The notes under the pieces were generated by a model. The model did no database searches. It saw only the letters and a program-made list of their open reading frames with translations, and was not told the DNA's origin. From Escherichia phage vB_EcoM-673R5: a stretch of 64,000 nt of DNA. Below, in pieces: positions 33,458-42,603 of the stretch (its first letter is position 1; each line of letters opens with the position of its first letter). The translations under genes and the position numbers were made by a program. The stretch is taken from the sequence record ON470615.2; one strand, 5' to 3'.

Positions 33458-33875
33458 CTCTGCACTGCCCGTTGGCGTGCCCGTTCCGTGGCCATCAGCC
33501 ACACCTCCAACGGGGTGGCTGAAATGCAATGGCGCAGCATTTTCTTCTGAAAAGTACCCAAATCTGGCAAAGGTTTACCCCACTAATAAATTGCCGGATC
33601 TACGGGGCGAATTTATTCGTGGCTGGGATGACGGACGAGGTGTGGACAATGGGCGAGCATTATTAAGCAGCCAAGAGGCTACAAACTTTTCTCAGTGTGC
33701 CGGAAATATAGGCAATGGTGCGGGGCACGCAATTAATTTTCATGATGGCATCGTCGGAAATCAGCCAGGATTTTCACGATTTAATTTCACCAGTAACTCT
33801 GTAGGTGATGGTATAAATTTTGTTGCTGTCAGGCCGCGAAATATCGCATTTAATTACATCGTAAGGGCGGCATAA
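33458..33875 (+). CDS. tail-fibre variable C-terminal cassette Sv-a (promoterless)
   Basis: GEGSALPVGVPVPWPSATPPTGWLKCNGAAFSSEKYPNLAK...RPRNIAFNYIVRAA; stop abuts next site. Confidence 0.5.
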
Positions 33876-33893
33876 AAACGTTGGTTTGGGGGA
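33872..33893 (+). repeat. cix-like crossover site 2
   Basis: AAAAACGTTGGTTTGGGGGAAGG. Confidence 0.5.
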
Positions 33894-34366
33894 AGGCTCT
33901 GCATTGCCTGTTGGCGTACCTGTTCCGTGGCCCTCAGCCACACCTCCAACGGGGTGGCTGAAATGCAATGGTGCAGCATTTTCTTCTGAAAAGTACCCAA
34001 ATCTGGCAAAGGCTTATCCCACCAATAAATTACCGGATTTACGGGAGAATTTATTCGCGGCTGGGATGATGGGCGCGGGTGGATGCGGGCCTACGGGGTC
34101 GTGCTTTATTGAGCATTCAGACAGGAATGCTGGAAAAGCATCGACATATTGTTGTAGCCAATGATGGTTACGACACAAAGATGAATGGGAGCTGGCGACA
34201 ATTTTCAAAAAACATACACACAAGGATGGGGACTTGATGCCACAAATACAGGAGGGAGTCTGATCCCATCACCGACACTTCATTCACGAGGAGTATCGGT
34301 AATACTGGCGGGAGTGAAACCCGTCCACGAAATATCGCATTTAATTATATCGTAAGGGCGGCATAA
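33894..34366 (+). CDS. tail-fibre variable cassette Sv-b; frameshifted
   Basis: Same conserved N-block; ends ...GGSETRPRNIAFNYIVRAA; indel in a GGG run near 34045. Confidence 0.45.
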
Positions 34367-34384
34367 AAACGTTGGTTTGGGAGA
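34363..34384 (+). repeat. cix-like crossover site 3
   Basis: AAAAACGTTGGTTTGGGAGAAGG. Confidence 0.5.
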
Positions 34385-34854
34385 AGGCTCTGCATTACCT
34401 GTTGGTGTCCCTGTTCCGTGGCCTTCAGCCACACCTCCAACGGGGTGGCTGAAATGCAATGGTGCAGCATTTTCTTCTGAAAAGTACCCAAATCTGGCAA
34501 AGGCTTACCCGACAAATAAATTGCCTGATTTACGTGGTGAGTTCATTCGTGGCTGGGATGACGGGCGCGGGATTGATCCGGGGTCGCTCTATTTTAAGCG
34601 AGCAAGGATATGCAACGGAGGATCATGCTCACGGATTACCGTCAAAATCAACCGTAGCAACTGACAGCTCAATTAATTTCTACTTTGACGAGGCATGGGC
34701 TACTAGTGGTAATACGGGAGTTATCAGATGGGGGAACACAAGCGATGCAGGATTGCCAGCCCCTAATTATGGAACTTTTAAAACATATAAACAGTCCGTA
34801 GCTAATTTAGGTACTGCTGGCTTAGAAACCCGCCCTCGTAATAGCCACATTTAA
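34385..34854 (+). CDS. tail-fibre variable cassette Sv-c; frameshifted
   Basis: ORFs 34377-34664 and 34459-34854; ends ...LETRPRNSHI, followed by degenerate site remnant. Confidence 0.45.
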
Positions 34855-34902
34855 TTATATTGTGAGGGCGGATTATATCAACTGGCTGTAGAAAGTTGTT
34901 TT

Positions 34903-35522
34903 TCAGGCCAGTTGAGATACCCAAATGGTTAAATCCATCGCGTTCAGCTCGTCTATATAATCTAGCACGGAGTTAAGCTGCGTGGTTTCTGCCTGCGTCA
35001 ACTTCCGTCCAGCCCGTAATTTCAACTGAATCAGACTAATGGAATCCATCGCAGTATCAATCAATGACTGACGTTTTGTTTCTGCTGTACTCCCTCGTGA
35101 ATGAAGTGTCGGTGATGGGATCAATCTACAGCTGCACTATGTTGAGCCTCAGTATCAACCACCCATTTCTCTCCATCCCATTTGTCGTATGGTGTTAGCG
35201 GGGCGATAGTGGTTGTATTTTCCGGATAGTCGCCCCAACACCGTGATTTCTTCGGGATTCCCTGTGTCAATGCTATAGACAGTTTCGCCACGATGATCTG
35301 GCACATACTCCCATGAACTTAAATCCTCTGAACGGAGAATCGCATAACCTGCTTTATGTGAACTGGAGCATCAAACAAGAATGTGCCGGAATACCAACGA
35401 ATAACAGCAAGATATTCAGTTGATGCAGAAATATATTCCCGATTACCACCATCATAGTTATAAACGATAATGTTTCCTGCCTGTATGGCTATAAGTTCGC
35501 TATTTAATATCGCATTATCCAT
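34903..35522 (-). CDS. U: tail-fibre assembly chaperone U (Tfa family); frameshifted
   Basis: Tfa-like ...KWDGEKWVVDTEAQHSAAVD and C-terminus ...LIQLKLRAGRKLTQAETTQLNSVLDYIDELNAMDLTIW; three ORF pieces. Confidence 0.6.
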
Positions 35523-35524
35523 TA

Positions 35525-35967
35525 TGCTGCTCTCACAATATAATTGAAGGCATGTTACGTGGGCGGGTTTCATTCCCCCAGATAACTCCGTTCTGTATTG
35601 ACTGGTAAATTTACCATTAATCGCTCCTTCTTGGACGGCGTTATCTGTCGACAACAGGCTATCCCCCCTCTGTCATTTGGCACCAATACCGTGTTATCCC
35701 ACGCGTCCCATGACCGAATATTATGATAATGACTTCCTGTTAACCACCCCTGTATGCTTAAGATGACCCTTCCCGCATCCACACCGCGCCCATCATCCCA
35801 ACCACGGATAAACTCACCGCGTAAATCAGGTAATTTTAACGTTGGGTAAACCTTTGCCAGATTTGGGTACTTTTCAGAAGAAAATGCTGCGCCATTGCAT
35901 TTCAGCCACCCCGTTGGAGGTGTGGCTGATGGCCACGGAACGGGCACGCCAACGGGCAGTGCAGAGC
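35525..35967 (-). CDS. tail-fibre variable cassette Sv-d
   Basis: MPVPWPSATPPTGWLKCNGAAFSSEKYPNLAKVYPTLKLPDLRGEFIRGWDDGRGVD...; directly upstream of U. Confidence 0.45.
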
Positions 35968-35990
35968 CTTCCCCAAACCAACGTTTTCAT
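35968..35990 (-). repeat. cix-like crossover site 4
   Basis: Minus strand GAAAACGTTGGTTTGGGGAAGG. Confidence 0.5.
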
Positions 35991-36009
35991 GCCGCCCTTA
36001 CGATATAAT

Positions 36010-38833
36010 TAAACGCATATGTTACGAGGACGAATGGTTACATAATTAACCCCATCACCTCGTGAAGGCCCTAAATGAAAAACGGGAAAATCCTGGTTGG
36101 TAGAAACAATTTGGTCATAGTTATTGATTGAATGACCAGACCCAATGTCGAAATTACCTCCGTAATGAGAAAAACTTTACCATCCTGCCCTGAAAGCTTA
36201 AAATAGACGTCCCGCATCAATCCCGCGCCCATCATCCCAGCCACGGATAAATTCACCGCGTAAATCCGGTAATTTATTGGTGGGGTAAGCCTTTGCCAGA
36301 TTTGGGTACTTTTCAGAAGAAAATGCTGCTCCATTACATTTCAGCCAGCCCGTTGGAGGTGTTTCTGAGGGCCACGGAACGGGCACACCAACAGGCAGTG
36401 CAGAGCCTTCCCCAAACCAAGGTAATTAAGAACGCTCTGAATACTGGGCTTACTAAGAATTGCACGTCCAACACTTGTCAGTGCAGTTAACGCGGCACGA
36501 TCAACCCCTGTGAAATAAGGGAGTTTATCTGCTGCGGTAGCTAGTGCCGCTAGAGCAGTGAGCGTAGCGTCTGCCGCTTGCTTTCCATTAGCCAAATCAT
36601 ATGCAGCCTTGACAGCTTTCGGTGTAGCGGCCAGCACTTCAGACGTGCTGTTAGTGGCACTACTGAGCTGAGTGATGCCTTTCGCTGTCAATGAAGCTGT
36701 TGGCACACCAGTGATCTGATTCGGGGATGTGTATGACTGGATGGTGCCTTTCCGGCTGCTAGATCGTATGCAGCTTTAACTGCTTTTGGCGTTGCAGCTA
36801 ATGTTTCAGAAGTGCTGTTGGTGTCGCTACTGAGCTGAACTATCCCTTTTTGTGTCGTGGTTGCATCCTGGGCTGTATACTTCCCGTTAGCCAGGTCATA
36901 TGCAGCCTTGACAGCTTTCGGTGTGGCGGCCAGCACTTCAGACGTGCTGTTAGTGGCACTACTGAGCTGAGTGATGCCTTTCGCTGTCAATGAAGCTGTT
37001 GGCACACCAGTGATCTGATTCAGGGATGTGTATGACTGGATGGTGCCTTTCCGGCTGCTAGATCGTATGCAGCTTTAACCGCTTTTGGCGTTGCAGCTAA
37101 TGTTTCAGAAGTGCTGTTGGTGTCGCTACTGAGCTGAACTATCCCTTTTTGTGTCGTGGTTGCATCCTGGGCTGTATACTTCCCGTTAGCCAGGTCATAT
37201 GCAGCCTTGACAGCTTTCGGTGTGGCGGCCAGCACTTCAGACGTGCTGTTAGTGGCACTACTGAGCTGAGTGATGCCTTTCGCTGTCAATGAAGCTGTTG
37301 GCACACCAGTAATCTGATTCCAGGGATGTGTATGACTGGATGGTGCTTTTTCGGCTGCTAGATCGTATGCAGCTTTAACCGCTTTTGGCGTTGCAGCTAA
37401 TGTTTCAGAAGTGCTGTTGGTGTCGCTACTGAGCTGAACTATCCCTTTTTGTGTCGTGGTTGCATCCTGGGCTGTATACTTCCCGTTAGCCAGGTCATAT
37501 GCAGCCTTGACAGCTTTCGGTGTGGCGGCCAGCACTTCAGACGTGCTGTTAGTGGCACTACTGAGCTGAGTGATGCCTTTCGCTGTCAATGAAGCTGTTG
37601 GCACACCAGTGATCTGATTCCAGGGATGTGTATGACTGGATGGTGCCTTTCCGGCTGCTAGATCGTATGCAGCTTTAACCGCTTTTGGCGTTGCAGCTAA
37701 TGTTTCAGAAGTGCTGTTGGTGTCGCTACTGAGCTGAACTATCCCTTTTTGTGTCGTGGTTGCATCCTGGGCTGTATACTTCCCGTTAGCCAGGTCATAT
37801 GCAGCCTTGACAGCTTTCGGTGTGGCGGCCAGCACTTCAGACGTGCTGTTAGTGGCACTACTGAGCTGAGTGATGCCTTTCGCTGTCAATGAAGCTGTTG
37901 GCACACCAGTGATCTGATTCAGGGATGTGTATGACTGGATGGTGCCTTTCCGGCTGCTAGATCGTATGCAGCTTTAACCGCTTTTGGCGTTGCAGCTAAT
38001 GTTTCAGAAGTGCTGTTGGTGTCGCTACTGAGCTGAACTATCCCTTTTTGTGTCGTGGTTGCATCCTGGGCTGTATACTTCCCGTTAGCCAGGTCATATG
38101 CAGCCTTGACAGCTTTCGGTGTGGCGGCCAGCACTTCGGACGTACTGTTAGTGGCACTACTGAGCTGAACTAATCCCTTTTGCGTTGTGCTTGCATCCTG
38201 CGCCGTATACTTGCTTTTCGCCAGATCGTAGGCTTTTTTAACTGCCAGCGAACTCGCAGCAACATCACTTCTGGTACTGGTTACAGAGTCTGAAATATCA
38301 ATGCCGATCGTGCGGTTGATACGCTCGGATGTATCAATCATCTCTTGAGTAATGGTAGATACGCCAGCAGGGATATTCACCGTACAAACCAGCAGTTCCC
38401 CATCACCTAACTGATATGAATCGGTATAGGTTCTGGCAACAAATTCAGCTGCATGAATATGTGACGCGGTATTCACCTGATAGGTATCTTCTCCAAGAAG
38501 GTATCTTCCCTTCAGCACAATTGCATATTTCTTGCCTGCGTTAAGTGCAAGAGAGATATCCTTACGATGCTGAATAGTTACCTGGTAGAATTCACCAATA
38601 TCCACTGACGCCGCGCCAGCGGTTTTATCTCCATCCACTGAGGTGATTAACAGGTTCATCCCACCGCCAGGCTTAGGCAAGAAACCAGCATAAAATCCCG
38701 GGTCAACAATTCCCCTGAATTTTCGGTTTAGAGCGGCTGACAGATATGGTTCGTGGTATTGCACATCAGCCACCAGAGCCAACGACTCGGGTGATGGGTA
38801 AGTAACCGATGTAACAACTGTAACGTCATTCAT
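36010..38833 (-). CDS. S: tail fibre protein S (constant part plus currently joined Sv-e cassette); several frameshifts in repeats
   Basis: Starts MNDVTVVTSVTYPSPESLALVADVQYHEPYL; contains 100-aa tandem repeats; joins cassette at site 5; ORFs 37919-38920, 37020-37904, 36688-37005, 36341-36706, 36198-36386. Confidence 0.7.
36408..36430 (-). repeat. cix-like crossover site 5 (Sc/Sv junction)
   Basis: Minus strand TTACCTTGGTTTGGGGAAGG. Confidence 0.5.
36575..38250 (-). repeat. tandem 300-bp coding repeats (about 5 copies) inside S
   Basis: Unit ...GTGATCTGATTC(C)AGGGATGTGTATGACTGGATGGTGCC... recurs at 36710, 37005, 37305, 37605, 37905; encodes repeated TASLTAKGITQLSSATNSTSEVLAATPKAVKAAYDLA motif. 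Confidence 0.75.
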
Positions 38834-38844
38834 CAAGCATATCC

Positions 38845-39294
38845 TTATGCTGTAGTCGAGTTTATGGCCATAACTGCGGTATATGTTTTGCCCACATACA
38901 GCGAGTCTTCCTGGACACAAATAATGGCGATTGGCTTATTCTCGTTATCCAGAACAACCAGAGTGTTGAATGGGTAGTTTTTCCCTTCCTGCAACTGACT
39001 TTGATCAAGGTCCATTCGGACAGTAATTATCCCGCCTGAGTAGGTTGGGACGAGGTTGATGGTGCAAAATTGACTGGTCAGTTCTGCCAGATCGAAAGCC
39101 TTTGGCAGTTCTCCAATCTCATAAGTGCCATCTCCTTTCTTAGTAACCAGTGAACTGGTACCGAAAACGGCCTTGCTGATTAAAAATCGAGAGCCTTTGT
39201 TAATGGACGATTCAGCGCGCCGCTGATAGTAATAGTCCAACAACTGACTCTTATAGAGGTTTGTTGAGACGTCAGACATGATTTTCCTAATCAA
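38845..39294 (-). CDS. tail-fibre operon protein R
   Basis: 149-aa ORF ending 11 bp before S start. Confidence 0.45.
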   Translation of the reverse strand: MIRKIMSDVSTNLYKSQLLDYYYQRRAESSINKGSRFLISKAVFGTSSLVTKKGDGTYEIGELPKAFDLAELTSQFCTINLVPTYSGGIITVRMDLDQSQLQEGKNYPFNTLVVLDNENKPIAIICVQEDSLYVGKTYTAVMAINSTTA

Positions 39295-39307
39295 TGTTGT
39301 GAAGCCT

Positions 39308-39333
39308 CATTGTAAGATAAGTAACTTGTCACC
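39308..39333 (-). promoter_or_regulatory. putative late promoter of R-S-U operon
   Basis: Minus strand GGTGACAAGTTACT-tatct-TACAAT. Confidence 0.35.
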
Positions 39334-39356
39334 CCGCCCTGCGGACGGGGTGATTG

Positions 39357-40196
39357 TCACGCATCGCTATCCAACAGCAAATCATCTGCGCGGGTGCGAT
39401 CAAACGTAGGCGTTGCTTTCACAATAGTGCCGCCCGGCGTTGCAGTGATCGGGGCGTTAATCGACGTAACTTCAGTAAGCGAAGTTGTATCCGAAGTTTC
39501 AAACCAGCAGAATGCTTTTTCGGTATCAGAAATCTCATTCAAAGTGATCATGTCGGCCTGTTCATTTACAACAACCGACAAATAGAGCGTAAGCCCATCA
39601 AACACTATATGCAGTGGCAGTAGAGGCTTTACGAACTGATTAAACTTTCTGAGAATTTCTTCTGTAATTGCGGACTGATCTATCGTTCCAGTAATACCCA
39701 TTGTCCGGGCCAGGTCGTTTATGGGAATACTGATCATTCCTCTGGAAGTCAGAAACATCTCGCCGAATGTGCCGCCGGTGGTTTCCAGTGTGCTTTCTGG
39801 AATCAGGACCGTGCCATAGGGATGACGTTCAAAGTCCACCGGAGCATATATTGGATCCCATAAAACCGATATACCGTTAAATTCGCGATAAATTGTCTGG
39901 TTTATAGGGCGTTCAGTACCCTTAAAATGGATCTCATCAAACCGCTGTTGTAACAACATCGGAACGGAAGATGAATTCGACGTTCTGATAGTAAAAAACT
40001 GGCCAAGTTCATTTGTCCTAGTCTCCAGATCCTCCTTGCTCATGGAGAAAATAGACTTCCGGTTGGTAATTCGCTCCAACCATGGGTCAACAAAGGTGTC
40101 CATCATTGACTGAACCAAATCAGCCAATGATTTATAAAGTAATGACTTTTGCTTAGCTGATGTAAGCCGGTTATTAAACCAGGAACGCTGCATCAC
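39357..40196 (-). CDS. baseplate/tail structural protein
   Basis: 279-aa ORF in tightly coupled tail gene block. Confidence 0.4.
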   Translation of the reverse strand: MMQRSWFNNRLTSAKQKSLLYKSLADLVQSMMDTFVDPWLERITNRKSIFSMSKEDLETRTNELGQFFTIRTSNSSSVPMLLQQRFDEIHFKGTERPINQTIYREFNGISVLWDPIYAPVDFERHPYGTVLIPESTLETTGGTFGEMFLTSRGMISIPINDLARTMGITGTIDQSAITEEILRKFNQFVKPLLPLHIVFDGLTLYLSVVVNEQADMITLNEISDTEKAFCWFETSDTTSLTEVTSINAPITATPGGTIVKATPTFDRTRADDLLLDSDA

Positions 40197-40570
40197 TCCT
40201 CCTCATACGAAATATTAAAGGTGGAGTTTTCTGTATCCAGATAAACGAAATCGTAAAAGCCGTTGGACTCATTCCACTCGACAAATTCCAGATAAAAGTC
40301 GCGGAAATAACCCAGCGTTTCGATAAATGCCCAAACGTCTTTTTTCTTGATTAGGATGTACTTGCCGACACGGTTCGGATCAAAGAAAGTTGAGTCACGC
40401 CCAAATTTTGTTTCCAGTGCCGACTTCAGCTCATCAGTCACGTTCTCAATGGTCAGGCTTGCCGATATCCGCCCAGTGATAGTGATCTTAAAGGGGAGTT
40501 TTCTGACCTCTTTATACGAGAATTTCTTGTTCAACTCATTCGGCACCTTCTTAAAGGCAGCCAGGATCAC
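40193..40570 (-). CDS. baseplate/tail structural protein
   Basis: 125-aa ORF, stop/start overlap with neighbours. Confidence 0.4.
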   Translation of the reverse strand: MILAAFKKVPNELNKKFSYKEVRKLPFKITITGRISASLTIENVTDELKSALETKFGRDSTFFDPNRVGKYILIKKKDVWAFIETLGYFRDFYLEFVEWNESNGFYDFVYLDTENSTFNISYEEE

Positions 40571-40686
40571 TTCTTCAAGCTCTGACTGGCTTTTGTTTGG
40601 ATGCCATCCTGAAATAAATATCTTATTGATATTCCGAACATTATAAGCACCATCTAATTTCTCTTGCTGGCCTTCGCCCCATGCCT

Positions 40687-41625
40687 TTACCAGGACAGTC
40701 CCGGGATGTTACGCACCAAAAAATACGTATAGTCCCCGCCCCATACGACCTGATCATCATAGGCAAGGTAATATTGTGCACGATTACGTGTGATCTCCGT
40801 TGTTTCGGCATCGGTACCTGCGGTTATGGGTGTCGTTGTCTTAACTGAAATCAAATTAGCTAAATTAGCCGCAGAATCGACAGGCGTCAGGTTTTGGCCA
40901 GCAACCAGGGTTATATCTCCGTTGGTGCACCATACCTTAAGTGTAATGGTCGAGCCTTCTGGCGGTATTTGCCCAATTAGCCCATCACCGAATCGAACCC
41001 CCAACTGCTCGGATGGCTTATAAAACTCAACGTAGACCTGGCTTTTACTACCGGCTAACCGGAACATAGTGCTGGAAGACCACTGCGTGGTCTTACCATC
41101 GGTCGTCACGAATACTTCCAGCTTATAGCAGACAGCAGTGAGAGCCTTTGATAACACGACTTCCAGAAATTCTTTGGCTGCCGTAACGGTATATGTCACC
41201 TCCTGGATTTCCAACTGTGCCACTTCTACCGTACCGGTGCCGTCAACCAACCTGCATACATCCATAGTCATGTAAGGGTACTGGTCGTCAGATATTAAAG
41301 GCATATTTTTGGGGATTACCGCTGGGGCATCTTCACTTGTGGCGGTGATCTCAATCATCCCCGATGACGGTGTTGGCTTGGTACCAACGTAACTATTCGT
41401 TTCTGCCGCTGCCAGGATAGAGGAACGCCGCGTCGCGGTCGATATAAAGCCTTCAGCCAGCGCCGCATCGGCATACTGAAAGCACCTGTAGACAATCTGG
41501 GTAATAAACAATGTCAGCATCGAGACAAATTGAGAGCCGACAAACTTCGACCAGAATGAATCTTTCTCGACAAGCTCTTCAAACTCTGCACGAATACTGT
41601 CTTTAGTCGGTGTTGTTTTACTCAT
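40687..41625 (-). CDS. baseplate protein (J-like by size and position)
   Basis: 312-aa ORF overlapping the following gene by 4 nt. Confidence 0.4.
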   Translation of the reverse strand: MSKTTPTKDSIRAEFEELVEKDSFWSKFVGSQFVSMLTLFITQIVYRCFQYADAALAEGFISTATRRSSILAAAETNSYVGTKPTPSSGMIEITATSEDAPAVIPKNMPLISDDQYPYMTMDVCRLVDGTGTVEVAQLEIQEVTYTVTAAKEFLEVVLSKALTAVCYKLEVFVTTDGKTTQWSSSTMFRLAGSKSQVYVEFYKPSEQLGVRFGDGLIGQIPPEGSTITLKVWCTNGDITLVAGQNLTPVDSAANLANLISVKTTTPITAGTDAETTEITRNRAQYYLAYDDQVVWGGDYTYFLVRNIPGLSW

Positions 41626-41981
41626 AGCACCACGTCCTGTGTGATAGTTATATCCCTGATACGAATGGATATTTTCAACTTATCAAAAGCATCTCCCTCG
41701 GCTACTGACAAGCCAGAAATCGGTATGTCAGGTAAATCTACCGTCAGTTTTTGCAACAGCATTGCCTCAACCGCAATTTGAACATGCGACAAGTTGGTCG
41801 GTTCGTGTTTAAACTGCGGTAAAACATTGCCCCATGACGGATCTCCGTATACCTCACCCTGATAAGTGTTTAGCCACTCATATAAACGAGCGCCCCAGGC
41901 CTCCTCCTGGGACTCATACGTTTTTACGCCGGATAACTCCAGCGTCAGTAAAGGATCAATTTCATTATTGTTGGCCATCAA
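41622..41981 (-). CDS. baseplate wedge protein (gpW/gp25-like by size)
   Basis: 119-aa ORF coupled between two baseplate genes. Confidence 0.35.
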   Translation of the reverse strand: MMANNNEIDPLLTLELSGVKTYESQEEAWGARLYEWLNTYQGEVYGDPSWGNVLPQFKHEPTNLSHVQIAVEAMLLQKLTVDLPDIPISGLSVAEGDAFDKLKISIRIRDITITQDVVL

Positions 41982-42556
41982 TCAACTCTCGCGTAGTCAT
42001 TCATCAACGGATCATCAATTGACAGTGGCACCGTGCGCATAACGCCCGGTTGAGGCGTGCTGACCTTTACGACAGTTCCCTGGCCTTTCGCCGAGTCTTT
42101 AGTGTGCTCTTCAATCCTGGCAAGCAATGAGGTCATCTGCGCAAACAGCCGCTTCGTTTCACCATCAAGTGAAACGGTATTATCAGCCAACTGCATTGTC
42201 GGCTTGGCACCGGAGCCGCCAAGGTCACTAATAACCTGTCCGTCTATCTGCATACGACCGGTTGGTTGCTGCAAATCGTTGGCGGCAGTCGTCACCTGGG
42301 ACGTGGAGGCTGGTTCAGGCGCATTATTTTTCCGCATCCCCGGCGAGTTGCGGAGTTTATCAAATAGTCCATCAATCCCCATTTGTGCGCCGAGTTGGTC
42401 AAAGTAACTTGAGTTGCTGGCCACCGGACGCGCCTCTTCAACTGGCATCGGAGTATCAACATACACATTGCCAGCTGCTGTTGCGGTCCCCTTCCCTCGT
42501 GCACGTTCTTCGAGCGTTCCCTGAACGACTTCCCGACGCATACCCCGGCCATTCAT
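41978..42556 (-). CDS. baseplate/tail protein
   Basis: 192-aa ORF immediately after sit. Confidence 0.4.
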   Translation of the reverse strand: MNGRGMRREVVQGTLEERARGKGTATAAGNVYVDTPMPVEEARPVASNSSYFDQLGAQMGIDGLFDKLRNSPGMRKNNAPEPASTSQVTTAANDLQQPTGRMQIDGQVISDLGGSGAKPTMQLADNTVSLDGETKRLFAQMTSLLARIEEHTKDSAKGQGTVVKVSTPQPGVMRTVPLSIDDPLMNDYARVD

Positions 42557-42603
42557 GAATTTGTTGACCAGATCGTTAACGCCAACAGCATTGCCAATTT
42601 TGT

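Larger units (their letters stand above)
33436..36430. other. multiple-inversion tail-fibre segment with five crossover sites and five Sv cassettes
   Basis: Five copies of a roughly 200-bp block beginning AAAACGTTGGTTTGGGG (three on plus, two on minus) each opening a different tail-fibre C-terminal cassette; Cin gene adjacent. Confidence 0.65.

Noticed and set aside
36071-36490. ORFs 36071-36334 and 36293-36490 near the Sc/Sv junction
   Set aside because: Alternative-frame or antisense readings of the conserved crossover block; mirrored by the same artefact ORFs at other cassette starts.
33436-38250. Repeated blocks that could be mistaken for a CRISPR array
   Set aside because: Repeats are 200-300 bp, protein-coding (tail-fibre junctions and S-protein repeats) and partly inverted; there are no short direct repeats with unique spacers and no cas genes.
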